Of a DNA stretch of 64,000 nt, positions 28,424-38,031 are shown piece by piece; the stretch's first letter is position 1, and every line of letters starts with the position of its first letter. A program made the translations under genes and the position numbers. This DNA is from Christensenella sp. Lineage in GTDB: Bacteria; Bacillota; Clostridia; Christensenellales; UBA3700. The stretch is from assembly GCA_022784465.1 (NCBI GenBank), contig JALFUR010000004.1:354372-418371 (forward strand), written 5' to 3'. The notes under the pieces were generated by a model, which was given only the letters and a program-made list of their open reading frames with translations, did not search any database and had not been told where the DNA came from.

Positions 28424-28523
28424 AATTTAACTCCTAATTATTAACAAGCAAATTATAGCACACGCACATAATTATTAAAATAATAAAATAACTTTTGTCT
28501 TACAATTTACTCTATTTTTTCTA

Positions 28524-29780
28524 TTAGTTCAAAGCGTTTAACATATCAAGTTTTGTTTTTTGACCAGCATATCCAAGTGAAGCTTTAGACAAATCAAAAC
28601 AATCAAATAATGCCTTATTTATATCATCTACACTAACAGAATTGTACTGTTCAATTTCGTAATCCACATCTAACATTTCATTTTTGAATAAAACTTTCTT
28701 TCCTATAGCTCTCATCATTGAAATTGTACTTTCTTGAGCAAATACATAATTGCTAGTTAATGTCTTTTTGCCTTTTTCAATTTCTGCTAATGTAAAGCCT
28801 TCTTTTCTAGCCTTATTTACTTCTTGTGCAGTAATAGTTAGTGCTTTTTCTATAGACTTTGGATTAGTTCCTATATATATTGAGGATACGCCATTATTAC
28901 AATAAGCACTTATAGTAGAAAATACAGAATAAACAAGACCATTTTTTTCTCTTAATTCTTGGAATAATCTTGAGCTCATTCCTCCACCAAGTAATTCCGC
29001 AACAATACTTAACGCGTAGCAATTGTTATCAAACATTGAATACGATGGCATAGCTAAAGATATATTTGCTTGTTCAATATGTTTAAATGAAAGCAAACTA
29101 TTAGGTTTAGTTAAATGTTTTTCATCAAACCACAATCTATCTTTGTTTGATGCAAATTTTCCCTCAAAATATTTAAGTACAATTTCTTTTGCTTTTTCTA
29201 AAGAAACTCCACCAACTACTGAAATGACAATATTATTCGCAATATAGTTCTCTTTCATGTAGTTTAAAATATCGTTTTTATCAAACTTTTTAACATTGCT
29301 AGCTGGGCCTAAAATCTCTCTTCCTAAAGAGTTATCCCCAAAATAAGCTTTAAAACTATTTTCTATAGAAACGTCCTGATTATCATCTTGAGTCATACTA
29401 ATTTCTTCTAAAATGACTTTCTTTTCTCTTTCCATTTCTAATTCGTCAAATGTTGAATTGAACAAAATATCAGATAAAATCTCTGCACATTTTTCAAATT
29501 CACTACTTAAACTATAAGTGTAATAACAGGTATTTTGTTTAGAAGTAAATGCATTTATTTGAGCACCAATAGATTCAATTTCATTTGCAATTTGAAACGC
29601 GCTTCTATTTTTAGTACCCTTAAAAACCATATGTTCAATAAAATGCGAAATACCATTATTTTCTACAGTTTCATTTTCACTACCTACGCCACACAAAATA
29701 GAAATTCCAACAGACTTGGAATCTCTTTGCATATAAGCAAGTCTAAGACCGCTTTTAAACTCAATTATTGAACTTCTCAT
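28524..29780 (-). CDS. M16 family zinc peptidase (MlpA/YmxG-like)
   Basis: The inverted zinc motif HFIEHMVFKGT (HxxEH) is present. It lies downstream of the pnp-deacetylase pair, as in Bacillus. Confidence 0.8.
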   Translation of the reverse strand: MRSSIIEFKSGLRLAYMQRDSKSVGISILCGVGSENETVENNGISHFIEHMVFKGTKNRSAFQIANEIESIGAQINAFTSKQNTCYYTYSLSSEFEKCAEILSDILFNSTFDELEMEREKKVILEEISMTQDDNQDVSIENSFKAYFGDNSLGREILGPASNVKKFDKNDILNYMKENYIANNIVISVVGGVSLEKAKEIVLKYFEGKFASNKDRLWFDEKHLTKPNSLLSFKHIEQANISLAMPSYSMFDNNCYALSIVAELLGGGMSSRLFQELREKNGLVYSVFSTISAYCNNGVSSIYIGTNPKSIEKALTITAQEVNKARKEGFTLAEIEKGKKTLTSNYVFAQESTISMMRAIGKKVLFKNEMLDVDYEIEQYNSVSVDDINKALFDCFDLSKASLGYAGQKTKLDMLNALN

Positions 29781-29810
29781 AATAATATTATTATATATAA
29801 AATAAATATT

Positions 29811-30530
29811 TTATACAAGAATATTAATATTTGTTGAAACAGTGACGACCCTCAAATTGTTTTTTTCGTAAAAAGACAAAAGTTTATCTAACACATTTAA
29901 AGTGTTTTTTGTAGGATGCATAAGTACTAAATCCCCGCCCTTAGCTTTACTTGCTCTTTGATAAATCAAATTATCGTCATGATCTCTCCAATCAATAGTA
30001 TCAATAGACCACATAATAACCTTCATATCTAAACTTTTTGCTGCTTTAAGTGTAGTTTCAGAATAATCCCCACTTGGAGGTGCAAACAAATTCATTTCAA
30101 CACCACACAAATTTTTAACTACTACATTATTTGACTTTATCTCTGATACATTATCCTCAAAAGATAACCTCGACTGATTTTTATGAAAATATCCATGGTT
30201 GCCTATCTCATGTCCTAAAGATACAAATTTTTTTAAATAATCCATGTTATCATCCGCCCATGAACCTCCAACAAAAAATGTCGTTTTAACATTATGCTTA
30301 CTAAGCGTATCTAAAATTCCATCTAAATATTCATCTCCCCAGTAAACATTAAACATTAAAGAAACATAATTAGAATTAATATCTCCATTAAAGTAGACAC
30401 TATCACTTGCTGCAAATACTTGCATAGATCCATATAGCGAAACACAAGAAACAAGCACTAAAGAAACAACAATAAAAATGATTACAAAATTTGCTAAAAC
30501 GTCCAGTTTGTTAATACTTTTAATTTTCAT
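29811..30530 (-). CDS. Polysaccharide deacetylase (NodB domain; YlxY/PdaB-like)
   Basis: N-terminal TM, then NodB motifs (TFFVGGSW, GHEIGNHGYFH). Confidence 0.8.
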   Translation of the reverse strand: MKIKSINKLDVLANFVIIFIVVSLVLVSCVSLYGSMQVFAASDSVYFNGDINSNYVSLMFNVYWGDEYLDGILDTLSKHNVKTTFFVGGSWADDNMDYLKKFVSLGHEIGNHGYFHKNQSRLSFEDNVSEIKSNNVVVKNLCGVEMNLFAPPSGDYSETTLKAAKSLDMKVIMWSIDTIDWRDHDDNLIYQRASKAKGGDLVLMHPTKNTLNVLDKLLSFYEKNNLRVVTVSTNINILV

Positions 30531-30753
30531 AATAATGTATATGCAAAAAGATTGCTTTATATCACTTTTTAAAGCATTTTATTATGGATTTTTTAATAAT
30601 TCATAAATATTTAGAAACATATCTTCTAAAAATGAAAGATTCTGTGAAATTTGATTCAAAAAGTGAATTTAACTAAAATGCACAATAAATTATTTTTATT
30701 AAACCAATTTTGTCCATATTAATATATATGCCAAAAATTGTTAAAAATGACAT

Positions 30754-30788
30754 AAAAAAAAAGACCTTACGCATTTGGCGTAAGGCCT
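30754..30788 (-). terminator. Intrinsic terminator after pnp
   Basis: Minus strand reads AGGCCTTACGCC-AAA-TGCGTAAGGTCT followed by a T run of 9. Confidence 0.8.
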
Positions 30789-30804
30789 AATTGTTTTGTT
30801 TGAA

Positions 30805-32883
30805 TTATAGAACTTTTAGAAGTTTTAATCCGATACCTTTTTGAGATACTTCAATAACTTCTACAGAAACTTTATCTCCAACCTTAACAACGTCTTCAAC
30901 TTTTTCAACTCTTTCTTTCTTAAGTTTTGAAATATGAATCATTGCGTCTTTTCCTGGAGCAATTTCAACAAATGCACCAAATGGCATAATTCTTACAACT
31001 GTACCAGTAATTTTTTCTCCAACTTCTGGATCATTTACTATTAAGTTAATAATTTGAATTGCCTTTTTGATCATATCAGCATCAACTGCAGATACAAATA
31101 CATCACCAAAATCGTTAATATCAATCTTAACGCCAGTTTCTTCTACAATCTTATTGATTGTCTTTCCGCCTGAACCAATAACGTCTTTAATCTTTTGAGG
31201 ATCAATGCTAATTTGCTCAATCTTTGGAGCATATTTTGACAATTCTTTTCTTGGTTCTGGAATAGTTTGAAGCATCTTGTCTAAGATATATAATCTTCCC
31301 TCTCTAGCTTGAGCTAAAGCTTGACGTAAGATTTTTTCATTAATACCCTTAATCTTGATATCCATTTGAATAGCAGTAATACCATCTTTTGTACCTGTTA
31401 CCTTAAAGTCCATATCTCCTAAGAAATCTTCTAGACCTTGAATATCTGTCATAACAGCAACTTTAGATTTATCTTCGTTTGAAATTAATCCCATAGCAAC
31501 ACCGGCAACTGGCTTTTTAATAGGTACACCTGCATCCATAAGTGCTAGAGTTGATCCACATGTTGAAGCCATTGATGTAGAACCATTAGAACTTAAAATA
31601 TCTGATACCATTCTAATAGCATATGGGAATTCTTCAACTGAAGGAATTACAGGCTCTAAAGCTCTTTCTGCTAAAGCACCATGTCCGATTTCTCTTCTTC
31701 CTGGGCTCTTTAATGGCTTAGCTTCACCTGTTGTATATCCAGGCATATTATATTGATGCATATATCTCTTGCAGCTATCTTCATCCAATCCTTCTAATTT
31801 TTGAACTTCAGAAATGCTTCCAAGTGTACAAGTTGTCAAAGCTTGAGTTTGACCTCTTGTGAAAACTGCACTACCATGAACTCTTGGTAAAATTCCTGTT
31901 TCGCACCAAATTGGTCTGATTTCAGTTAATGATCTTCCATCTGGTCTAATTCCTTCATCAAGAATTTTCTTTCTTACCTTTGCCTTTTTCATGGCATACA
32001 TTGTTTCATAAATATCTCTCTTTGAATCTGGATATTTTTCTGCAAAATGAGCATAAACATCAGCATCCATTGCTTCTTCAGCAACTTCTCTTTCATGTCT
32101 ATCATAGTGAGATAAAACTTCATCCATTTTTGCATCGCAGTATTCTTTAACATCTGCTTCAACATCAGCTGCTGGATGATAAAGATTAGGTATAATCTTT
32201 TCTTTTCCAACTTCCTTTTGGATGTCTTCAATCCAAGCTACTATTTTCTTGATTTCTTCATGACCAAATAAGATTGCGCCAATCATTTCTTCTTCGCTCA
32301 ATTCATTTGCTCCAGCTTCAACCATTAAAATAGCATCTTTTGTTCCAGCAAGATTCAAGTTTAACTTGCTCTTTTCTTTTTGTTCTAGATCTGGGTTTAT
32401 AACATATTGTCCATCAACATATCCAACTACAACAGAACCTGTAGGTCCAGCAAATGGGATATCTGAAATAGTTAATGCAACGCTTGAACCAATCATTGCA
32501 TATACTTCAGGTGGGATATTTGTATCTACAGATAAGCATGTAGCAATAACTGTAACATCATTATAGAAAAACTTTGGGAACAAAGGTCTTAAAGGTCTAT
32601 CTATTAATCTTGAAGTTAAAATAGCTTTATCGCTAGCTTTTCCTTCTCTCTTTTTAAATCCCCCTGGAATTTTACCTACAGCATACATTTTCTCCTCAAA
32701 GTCACAAGACAATGGGAAGAAATCAACGCCATCTCTAGCTTCTTTAGCCATACAAGCGTTAACCATAACAGCAGTGTCACCGCATCTTACGATACAACTA
32801 CCATTAGCTTGACCACAATAAGCACCTGTTTCAACAGTTACTTCTCTTCCACCAATTGTAGTCTTAAAAATCTTCTTTTCCAT
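30805..32883 (-). CDS. pnp: Polynucleotide phosphorylase
   Basis: Two RNase PH domains plus KH and S1. I trimmed the start to the ATG at 32883 (MEKKIFKTTIGG), which follows GGAGGA. The 26-codon ORF-track extension runs through the rpsO terminator hairpin. Confidence 0.95.
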   Translation of the reverse strand: MEKKIFKTTIGGREVTVETGAYCGQANGSCIVRCGDTAVMVNACMAKEARDGVDFFPLSCDFEEKMYAVGKIPGGFKKREGKASDKAILTSRLIDRPLRPLFPKFFYNDVTVIATCLSVDTNIPPEVYAMIGSSVALTISDIPFAGPTGSVVVGYVDGQYVINPDLEQKEKSKLNLNLAGTKDAILMVEAGANELSEEEMIGAILFGHEEIKKIVAWIEDIQKEVGKEKIIPNLYHPAADVEADVKEYCDAKMDEVLSHYDRHEREVAEEAMDADVYAHFAEKYPDSKRDIYETMYAMKKAKVRKKILDEGIRPDGRSLTEIRPIWCETGILPRVHGSAVFTRGQTQALTTCTLGSISEVQKLEGLDEDSCKRYMHQYNMPGYTTGEAKPLKSPGRREIGHGALAERALEPVIPSVEEFPYAIRMVSDILSSNGSTSMASTCGSTLALMDAGVPIKKPVAGVAMGLISNEDKSKVAVMTDIQGLEDFLGDMDFKVTGTKDGITAIQMDIKIKGINEKILRQALAQAREGRLYILDKMLQTIPEPRKELSKYAPKIEQISIDPQKIKDVIGSGGKTINKIVEETGVKIDINDFGDVFVSAVDADMIKKAIQIINLIVNDPEVGEKITGTVVRIMPFGAFVEIAPGKDAMIHISKLKKERVEKVEDVVKVGDKVSVEVIEVSQKGIGLKLLKVL

Positions 32884-32939
32884 TACTAATCCTCCAATAT
32901 TAGTTTCAATATATAAAATAACTTTAAATAATTGTCGAT

Positions 32940-32968
32940 TAAAAGGGGTTATGTTGTGCATAACCCCT
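32940..32968 (-). terminator. rpsO-pnp intergenic hairpin (terminator / processing site)
   Basis: AGGGGTTATG-5 nt-CATAACCCCT followed by TTTTAAT, 7 nt after the rpsO stop. The equivalent position in other bacteria holds the pnp autoregulatory hairpin. Confidence 0.65.
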
Positions 32969-32974
32969 AATTAA

Positions 32975-33241
32975 CTAGTTTCTTAAACCAAGCTTTTCAA
33001 CGATTGAACGATAACGAACGATATCTGTTTTTTGAAGATATTTTAATAAACTCTTTCTTTGACCAACCATTTTTTGAAGACCTCTTCTAGAATGTTTGTC
33101 TTGAGCGTTTAATTTCAAATGCTCTGTTAAGTGCTTAATTCTAGCTGTTAATAAAGCGATTTGAACTTCTGCAGATCCTGTGTCATTCTCATCCTTGCCG
33201 TATTTAGCAATGATTTCCTTTTTTGTTAATTCGTTTTCCAT
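32975..33241 (-). CDS. rpsO: 30S ribosomal protein S15
   Basis: 88 aa with [28 protein letters not shown], typical of S15. Confidence 0.95.
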   Translation of the reverse strand: MENELTKKEIIAKYGKDENDTGSAEVQIALLTARIKHLTEHLKLNAQDKHSRRGLQKMVGQRKSLLKYLQKTDIVRYRSIVEKLGLRN

Positions 33242-33330
33242 TTTTTTACCTCCTTCTGTGGAAAATTAATACACCATGAACTACGTAATACATCGGAGTT
33301 TTTGTAAAACCTAGCCCAGGTAACATGAGT

Positions 33331-33359
33331 ATAATAACAAAAATATAATTTTCAGGCAA
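33331..33359 (-). promoter_or_regulatory. Candidate sigma-A promoter for rpsO, followed by an ~85-nt leader
   Basis: Minus strand reads TTGCCT-17 nt-TATTAT. The leader before the GGAGG RBS is long enough for an S15 autoregulatory structure, which I did not fold. Confidence 0.4.
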
Positions 33360-33369
33360 CTAAAATATA

Positions 33370-34806
33370 TTAAATATTAAAGAAAAAATTGTCTTTATCT
33401 TTAAGCAAAGCATCTTCTCTTTGCAAATAAACATCCAATCCTTTTGGATTTGCCAATCTTTCTAATCTATTGTCTTTTAAAAACAATCTTTTTGAAATAG
33501 CACCAGCACCATTTGCAATAATAGATGTTGTTTCTTCCATAATATCCACATTATATATGCAAGCCTTGTCTTTTTTACAATATCCAACATTTTCCAAGTT
33601 TCCAGAAACATGTTTTTGCTTGTACATATAATATGGCTCATAACCATTCTCTAACATAGATTTCATCGCATAATCCACCATTTTTGAAGGCAATAAATCG
33701 CTTGTGTTATCATAATTTGATTCATGCAATTTTGATCCACGTTTTAAAGCTAGTGTATGAATGGTAATATTCTCTGGATTTAGTTTTAATGTTTGATTTA
33801 CTGAATATTTAAAATCTTCAAATGTTTCATTTGGAAGCATCGCAATTAAATCCATATTTATATCAAAAGAAAAACGTCTCGCCATCTCATAAACTTTATA
33901 AATTTCATCTACAGTATGTTTTCTGCCAATTAAATCCAGCGTTTTTTGATTAAAGCTTTGAGGATTAATAGAAATTCTTGTTACGCCACATTTATCCATT
34001 ATCTTTAGTTTGTTTTCCGAAATAGTATCAGGTCTTCCAGCCTCAACAGTAAATTCTGAAGCATTAAAATTTAACGAAGATATAATTCTATAAAAATTTT
34101 CATCATCAATAGATGTTGGAGTTCCACCACCTACATATATACTTCTAACAATTAAACCTTCACGTTTAATTATTTGCTTTGTAGTTTCAATTTCCTTTAA
34201 AAGCAAATCAGTATAAGGTGTTACTAATTTTTTGACTTTATCTAACTCGGCCGATATAAAAGAACAATAACTACATCTTGAAATACAAATTGGGATATTG
34301 ACAAATACATCAATTTCCTTTTCATTTTTATTGTAAATATTTGTTTGGTTTTTACAAATAGTTTCAATTAATTTTACTTTTTCATCAGACACAAAAAGTA
34401 CATTTTTAAAATAATCAGAAGCATCAACGCCTTTGCTTGTCAAATCATGAAAAAGTTTTGTTGGCCTTATTCCAGTTAATGAACCATAAGGCAATTTCCT
34501 TGATAAAAGCTTAGACAATATTTCATACAAGAAAATTTTAGAGTATCTCTTTTTTAGACTTTTTCTTTCTATTTCGGTTAAAGATTCTTCTAATTTAAAT
34601 TGCTTTTCATAATGCATAAGACAATTATTGTCTATTTCTATAATTGTGTTATATTCGTTATCTGCAGTGTTTATAAGAGATAATTCAATAAGTATTCCAT
34701 TTTCTTGGAAAACTGTAAATGGAGAAAAAGCTCTAATGATATCTTGATAATCATTTTTAAAGCTTTCTTCATTTGTCCTAAAATTTACATAATCTAAATT
34801 AATCAT
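33370..34806 (-). CDS. Radical SAM protein of the HemN/HemZ (oxygen-independent coproporphyrinogen-III oxidase-like) family
   Basis: CISRCSYCSF (CxxxCxxC), GGGTPT and a C-terminal HemN-like region, about 480 aa. The position after relA-dtd-MBL is as in clostridia. Confidence 0.7.
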   Translation of the reverse strand: MINLDYVNFRTNEESFKNDYQDIIRAFSPFTVFQENGILIELSLINTADNEYNTIIEIDNNCLMHYEKQFKLEESLTEIERKSLKKRYSKIFLYEILSKLLSRKLPYGSLTGIRPTKLFHDLTSKGVDASDYFKNVLFVSDEKVKLIETICKNQTNIYNKNEKEIDVFVNIPICISRCSYCSFISAELDKVKKLVTPYTDLLLKEIETTKQIIKREGLIVRSIYVGGGTPTSIDDENFYRIISSLNFNASEFTVEAGRPDTISENKLKIMDKCGVTRISINPQSFNQKTLDLIGRKHTVDEIYKVYEMARRFSFDINMDLIAMLPNETFEDFKYSVNQTLKLNPENITIHTLALKRGSKLHESNYDNTSDLLPSKMVDYAMKSMLENGYEPYYMYKQKHVSGNLENVGYCKKDKACIYNVDIMEETTSIIANGAGAISKRLFLKDNRLERLANPKGLDVYLQREDALLKDKDNFFFNI

Positions 34807-35414
34807 ATAAGCGCTGCAAGGTTGTTCGTTTTTTCTCTTAATATTGTTGTCTTTTCTCCATGCCCAGGATAAACAATAATATCCCCGTTTAGTTTGTACA
34901 ATTTTAATAACGAGGAAACCATTTTATCTGGAGAGGAATCAAAAAAGTCCACTCTACCAAAGCTGTCTTTGAACAATGTATCTCCTGAAAATAAATTGTT
35001 TTCTATTAAATAACATACCCCGCCCTCTGTGTGTCCTGGAGTATATATAACTTGAATTGAAAAATCTTCAATGTTTATTGTTTCTTCATTTTTTATTACT
35101 TTATCTACAACAAATGGTTGCACACTTATGCCAAGCATTGAAGCCATAGAGTCTGATTGATTAATTTTGAATAAATCTTTTTCATGCATATAAATTTTAG
35201 CACCTAAATTTTGAACTTCATGCGCTCCAGCTATATGATCAAAGTGGCCGTGGGTCAATAAAAGCGATAATAAAGTTAAATCATTTTCTTTTATATACTT
35301 AAAAGCAGCACTCATATCTGAGGCCGTATCTATCATAATTGCTTGTTTTTGATTATTTGAAATAATATAAATATTATTATCTAAAGGTCCTGAACTAATC
35401 TGCTTTATTATCAT
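34803..35414 (-). CDS. MBL-fold metallohydrolase (glyoxalase II-like)
   Basis: THGHFDH zinc motif. The likely start is MIIKQISSGPL (ATG at 35414). Confidence 0.8.
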   Translation of the reverse strand: MIIKQISSGPLDNNIYIISNNQKQAIMIDTASDMSAAFKYIKENDLTLLSLLLTHGHFDHIAGAHEVQNLGAKIYMHEKDLFKINQSDSMASMLGISVQPFVVDKVIKNEETINIEDFSIQVIYTPGHTEGGVCYLIENNLFSGDTLFKDSFGRVDFFDSSPDKMVSSLLKLYKLNGDIIVYPGHGEKTTILREKTNNLAALI

Positions 35415-35853
35415 TATTTTTCTCCACAATAATCATAACAGGACCATCATTAGACATTTCAATATGCATATGCTCGCCAAATACACCTGTTGCGATATTC
35501 CCTAATTGCGCCCTAAATACGCTTAAAGCATATTCGTACAACGGATAAGCAACATCATATTTTGCAGCTTTAGAAAAATCTGGTCTTCTATTTGTAGCAG
35601 TATTTGCATATAAAGTGAAATTAGAAACTACCATAACTTCGCCATTTACATCTTTTAGCGTTTTATTAGTCTTTCCATTTTCGTCTCTAAATAGCCTCAT
35701 TTTGCATACTCTGTCTACCACATAATCAACAATCTTTTTATCATCATTATGCGTAAAACCAACTAAAACTAAAAAGCCTGCACCACATTGTGATACAAGT
35801 TCTCCATTCACTGATAATTTTGCATAATTTATACGTTGGATAACTGCTTTCAT
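35395..35853 (-). CDS. dtd: D-aminoacyl-tRNA deacylase
   Basis: MKAVIQR...GFLVLVGF..SNFTLYA..GRRP-type motifs, 152 aa. Confidence 0.9.
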   Translation of the reverse strand: MKAVIQRINYAKLSVNGELVSQCGAGFLVLVGFTHNDDKKIVDYVVDRVCKMRLFRDENGKTNKTLKDVNGEVMVVSNFTLYANTATNRRPDFSKAAKYDVAYPLYEYALSVFRAQLGNIATGVFGEHMHIEMSNDGPVMIIVEKNNDNKAD

Positions 35854-38027
35854 TATTTTGATTTCGCTCTTTTTACTTCAGTAATACCTTTTATTTGTTT
35901 TAATTTGTTTATAAGAACTGTAATAGACTCCATATCAGAAATTTCTACAGTAATTTTCGCAAGGGCTTCATTTCTATCTGTTTTTTTCGCTTCCATACTA
36001 AGCATTGGCAATTTTAAGCTGGCAACTACAGAGGCTATATCTATTACAAGCCCTGGTCTATCTTCAGCAACGATATCTATGATTACATCGAATTTTCCAG
36101 TAATATCTAATGGCCAATCTGCTTGAACAATTCTTTCTTTTTCTAAAGATGCAACGTTTGGACAATCCGCTCTATGTACCATTACACCTCTTGTTCTAGA
36201 AATATATCCTATTATCTCATCTCCAGGAAGCGCCGTACAACATTGAGAAAAATGAACTTTCATTCCTGGCATACCATTAATCAATATACCAGTATCTGAA
36301 CTCTTTTTTTTGCCAACAGGCACTTTTGCAAGAATTTGCTCTTCTTTTACTCTTCCTTCGCCAACATCCTTATTTCTACACTCTAATAATTTAGATAATA
36401 CTTGATAAGCTGTAAGTTCTCCATAGCCAACCATAGCCAAGATTTCATCGGAATCATTGACAGAATATTTTGTTTTTATATATTCTTTCCAAGAAGGTAA
36501 TTTGAATAATTCTGAAGCTTCATAACCTTTTTGTCTTGCAGTTCTTTCTACGCTATCTCTACCAATCTTAATATTTTCCTCTCTCATTTCCTTTTTAAAG
36601 AAGGATTTTATCTTAGATTTAGCAGATGGAGTTATTACAAATTTTAACCAGTCTCTTGATGGACCTTTTGAAGCATTTGATGTAATTACTTCAACAACAT
36701 CACCATTATTTAGTTTTGTAGCCACTGGAACCATTCTATTATTAATCTTTATTCCAACACAATGATGGCCAACTTGAGTATGAATAGCATAAGCAAAATC
36801 TATACCAGTTGATCCATTTGCCAAGTTAAATACGTCACCTTTTGGCGTGAAAACAAACACTTGGTCGGCATAAAGGTCAATTTTTATATTATCTAGATAT
36901 TCTTTCGAATCTCCAGATTCATTTTGAAGTTCCATAACACTTCTAATCCATGCCAATTTTTTATCGTCTAAAGATTGATTAGAAGACGTATCTCCTTGCT
37001 TGTACTTCCAATGCGCAGCAATACCATATTCTGCAATTTTATGCATTTCCTTAGTTCTAATTTGAATTTCAAAAGGAGAACCATAAGATGGAATTACAGT
37101 TGTGTGCAATGATTGATACAAGTTGCCTTTTGGAACAGATATATAATCTTTAAATCTACCAGGAAGTGGCTTCCATTTATTATGGACAGCACCTAAAACA
37201 GCATAACAATCTTTTACGCTATCTACAATTATTCTTACTGCTATTAAATCATAGATTTCTTCGAATGCTTTGCCTCTTTTTAACTTTCTATATATGCTAT
37301 AGAAATGCTTTGGCCTTCCATTAATTTCGCCTTCAATTCCTAAATCATCAAGGATTACTTGTATATCATTTGTAATTTTTTGAACAAATTCTTTTCTTTC
37401 ACTCTTTGTTTGTGCAATTTTTTCAGCTATATAGAAATAATCTTCAGGATATAAGTATCTCAAACACAAATCTTCAAGTTCACCTTTTATGCTTGAAATT
37501 CCCAATCTTGCAGCAATAGGAGCATAAATCTCAAGAGTTTCTTTAGCAATTCTCTTTTGAGAAGCTTCATCCTTAAAAGCAAGAGTTCTCATATTATTAA
37601 GTCTATCTGCTAATTTAATAATGATTACTCTTATATCATTTGACATCGCAAGGAACATTCTTCTTAGATTTTCCGCTTGTTCCTCTTCTTTTGTCTTAAA
37701 ATTCAATTTATCTAATTTGGTTACACCTTGAACAAGTAATACAACTTCACTTCCAAATTCATCGGAAATTTCATAATCTTGAACTTGTGTATCCTCAATA
37801 ACATCATGAAGTAATGCTGCAATTATAGTATCAGCATCCATTCCTAAATCTACTAAAATATCCGCAACAGAAAGTGGATGAATGATATAATCTTCACCTG
37901 ATTGTCTTTTTTGGCCTTTATGAGCAGTTTTTGCAAAAAAATACGCTTTCTCAATTCTTTGAGCGCCATTTTCAGCATACGAAGTATGAATTTTTAATAA
38001 AAAATCATTTTCGACTGATAAATCCAA
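35853..38027 (-). CDS. relA: Bifunctional (p)ppGpp synthetase/hydrolase RelA/SpoT homologue
   Basis: HD hydrolase domain (HPLSVA, LLHDVIEDT), synthetase domain (YQSLHTTV), then TGS and ACT domains. Confidence 0.95.
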   Translation of the reverse strand: MDLSVENDFLLKIHTSYAENGAQRIEKAYFFAKTAHKGQKRQSGEDYIIHPLSVADILVDLGMDADTIIAALLHDVIEDTQVQDYEISDEFGSEVVLLVQGVTKLDKLNFKTKEEEQAENLRRMFLAMSNDIRVIIIKLADRLNNMRTLAFKDEASQKRIAKETLEIYAPIAARLGISSIKGELEDLCLRYLYPEDYFYIAEKIAQTKSERKEFVQKITNDIQVILDDLGIEGEINGRPKHFYSIYRKLKRGKAFEEIYDLIAVRIIVDSVKDCYAVLGAVHNKWKPLPGRFKDYISVPKGNLYQSLHTTVIPSYGSPFEIQIRTKEMHKIAEYGIAAHWKYKQGDTSSNQSLDDKKLAWIRSVMELQNESGDSKEYLDNIKIDLYADQVFVFTPKGDVFNLANGSTGIDFAYAIHTQVGHHCVGIKINNRMVPVATKLNNGDVVEVITSNASKGPSRDWLKFVITPSAKSKIKSFFKKEMREENIKIGRDSVERTARQKGYEASELFKLPSWKEYIKTKYSVNDSDEILAMVGYGELTAYQVLSKLLECRNKDVGEGRVKEEQILAKVPVGKKKSSDTGILINGMPGMKVHFSQCCTALPGDEIIGYISRTRGVMVHRADCPNVASLEKERIVQADWPLDITGKFDVIIDIVAEDRPGLVIDIASVVASLKLPMLSMEAKKTDRNEALAKITVEISDMESITVLINKLKQIKGITEVKRAKSK

Positions 38028-38031
38028 TTAC

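Noticed and set aside
32884-32961. N-terminal extensions in the ORF track: pnp (+26 aa), thrS (+21 aa, 58265..58327), ilvB (+7 aa), TrmH (+5 aa) and SPFH (+6 aa).
   Set aside because: In each case a strong RBS precedes an internal ATG that restores the conserved N-terminus. The extension also runs through a terminator or leader structure, or through the RBS itself.
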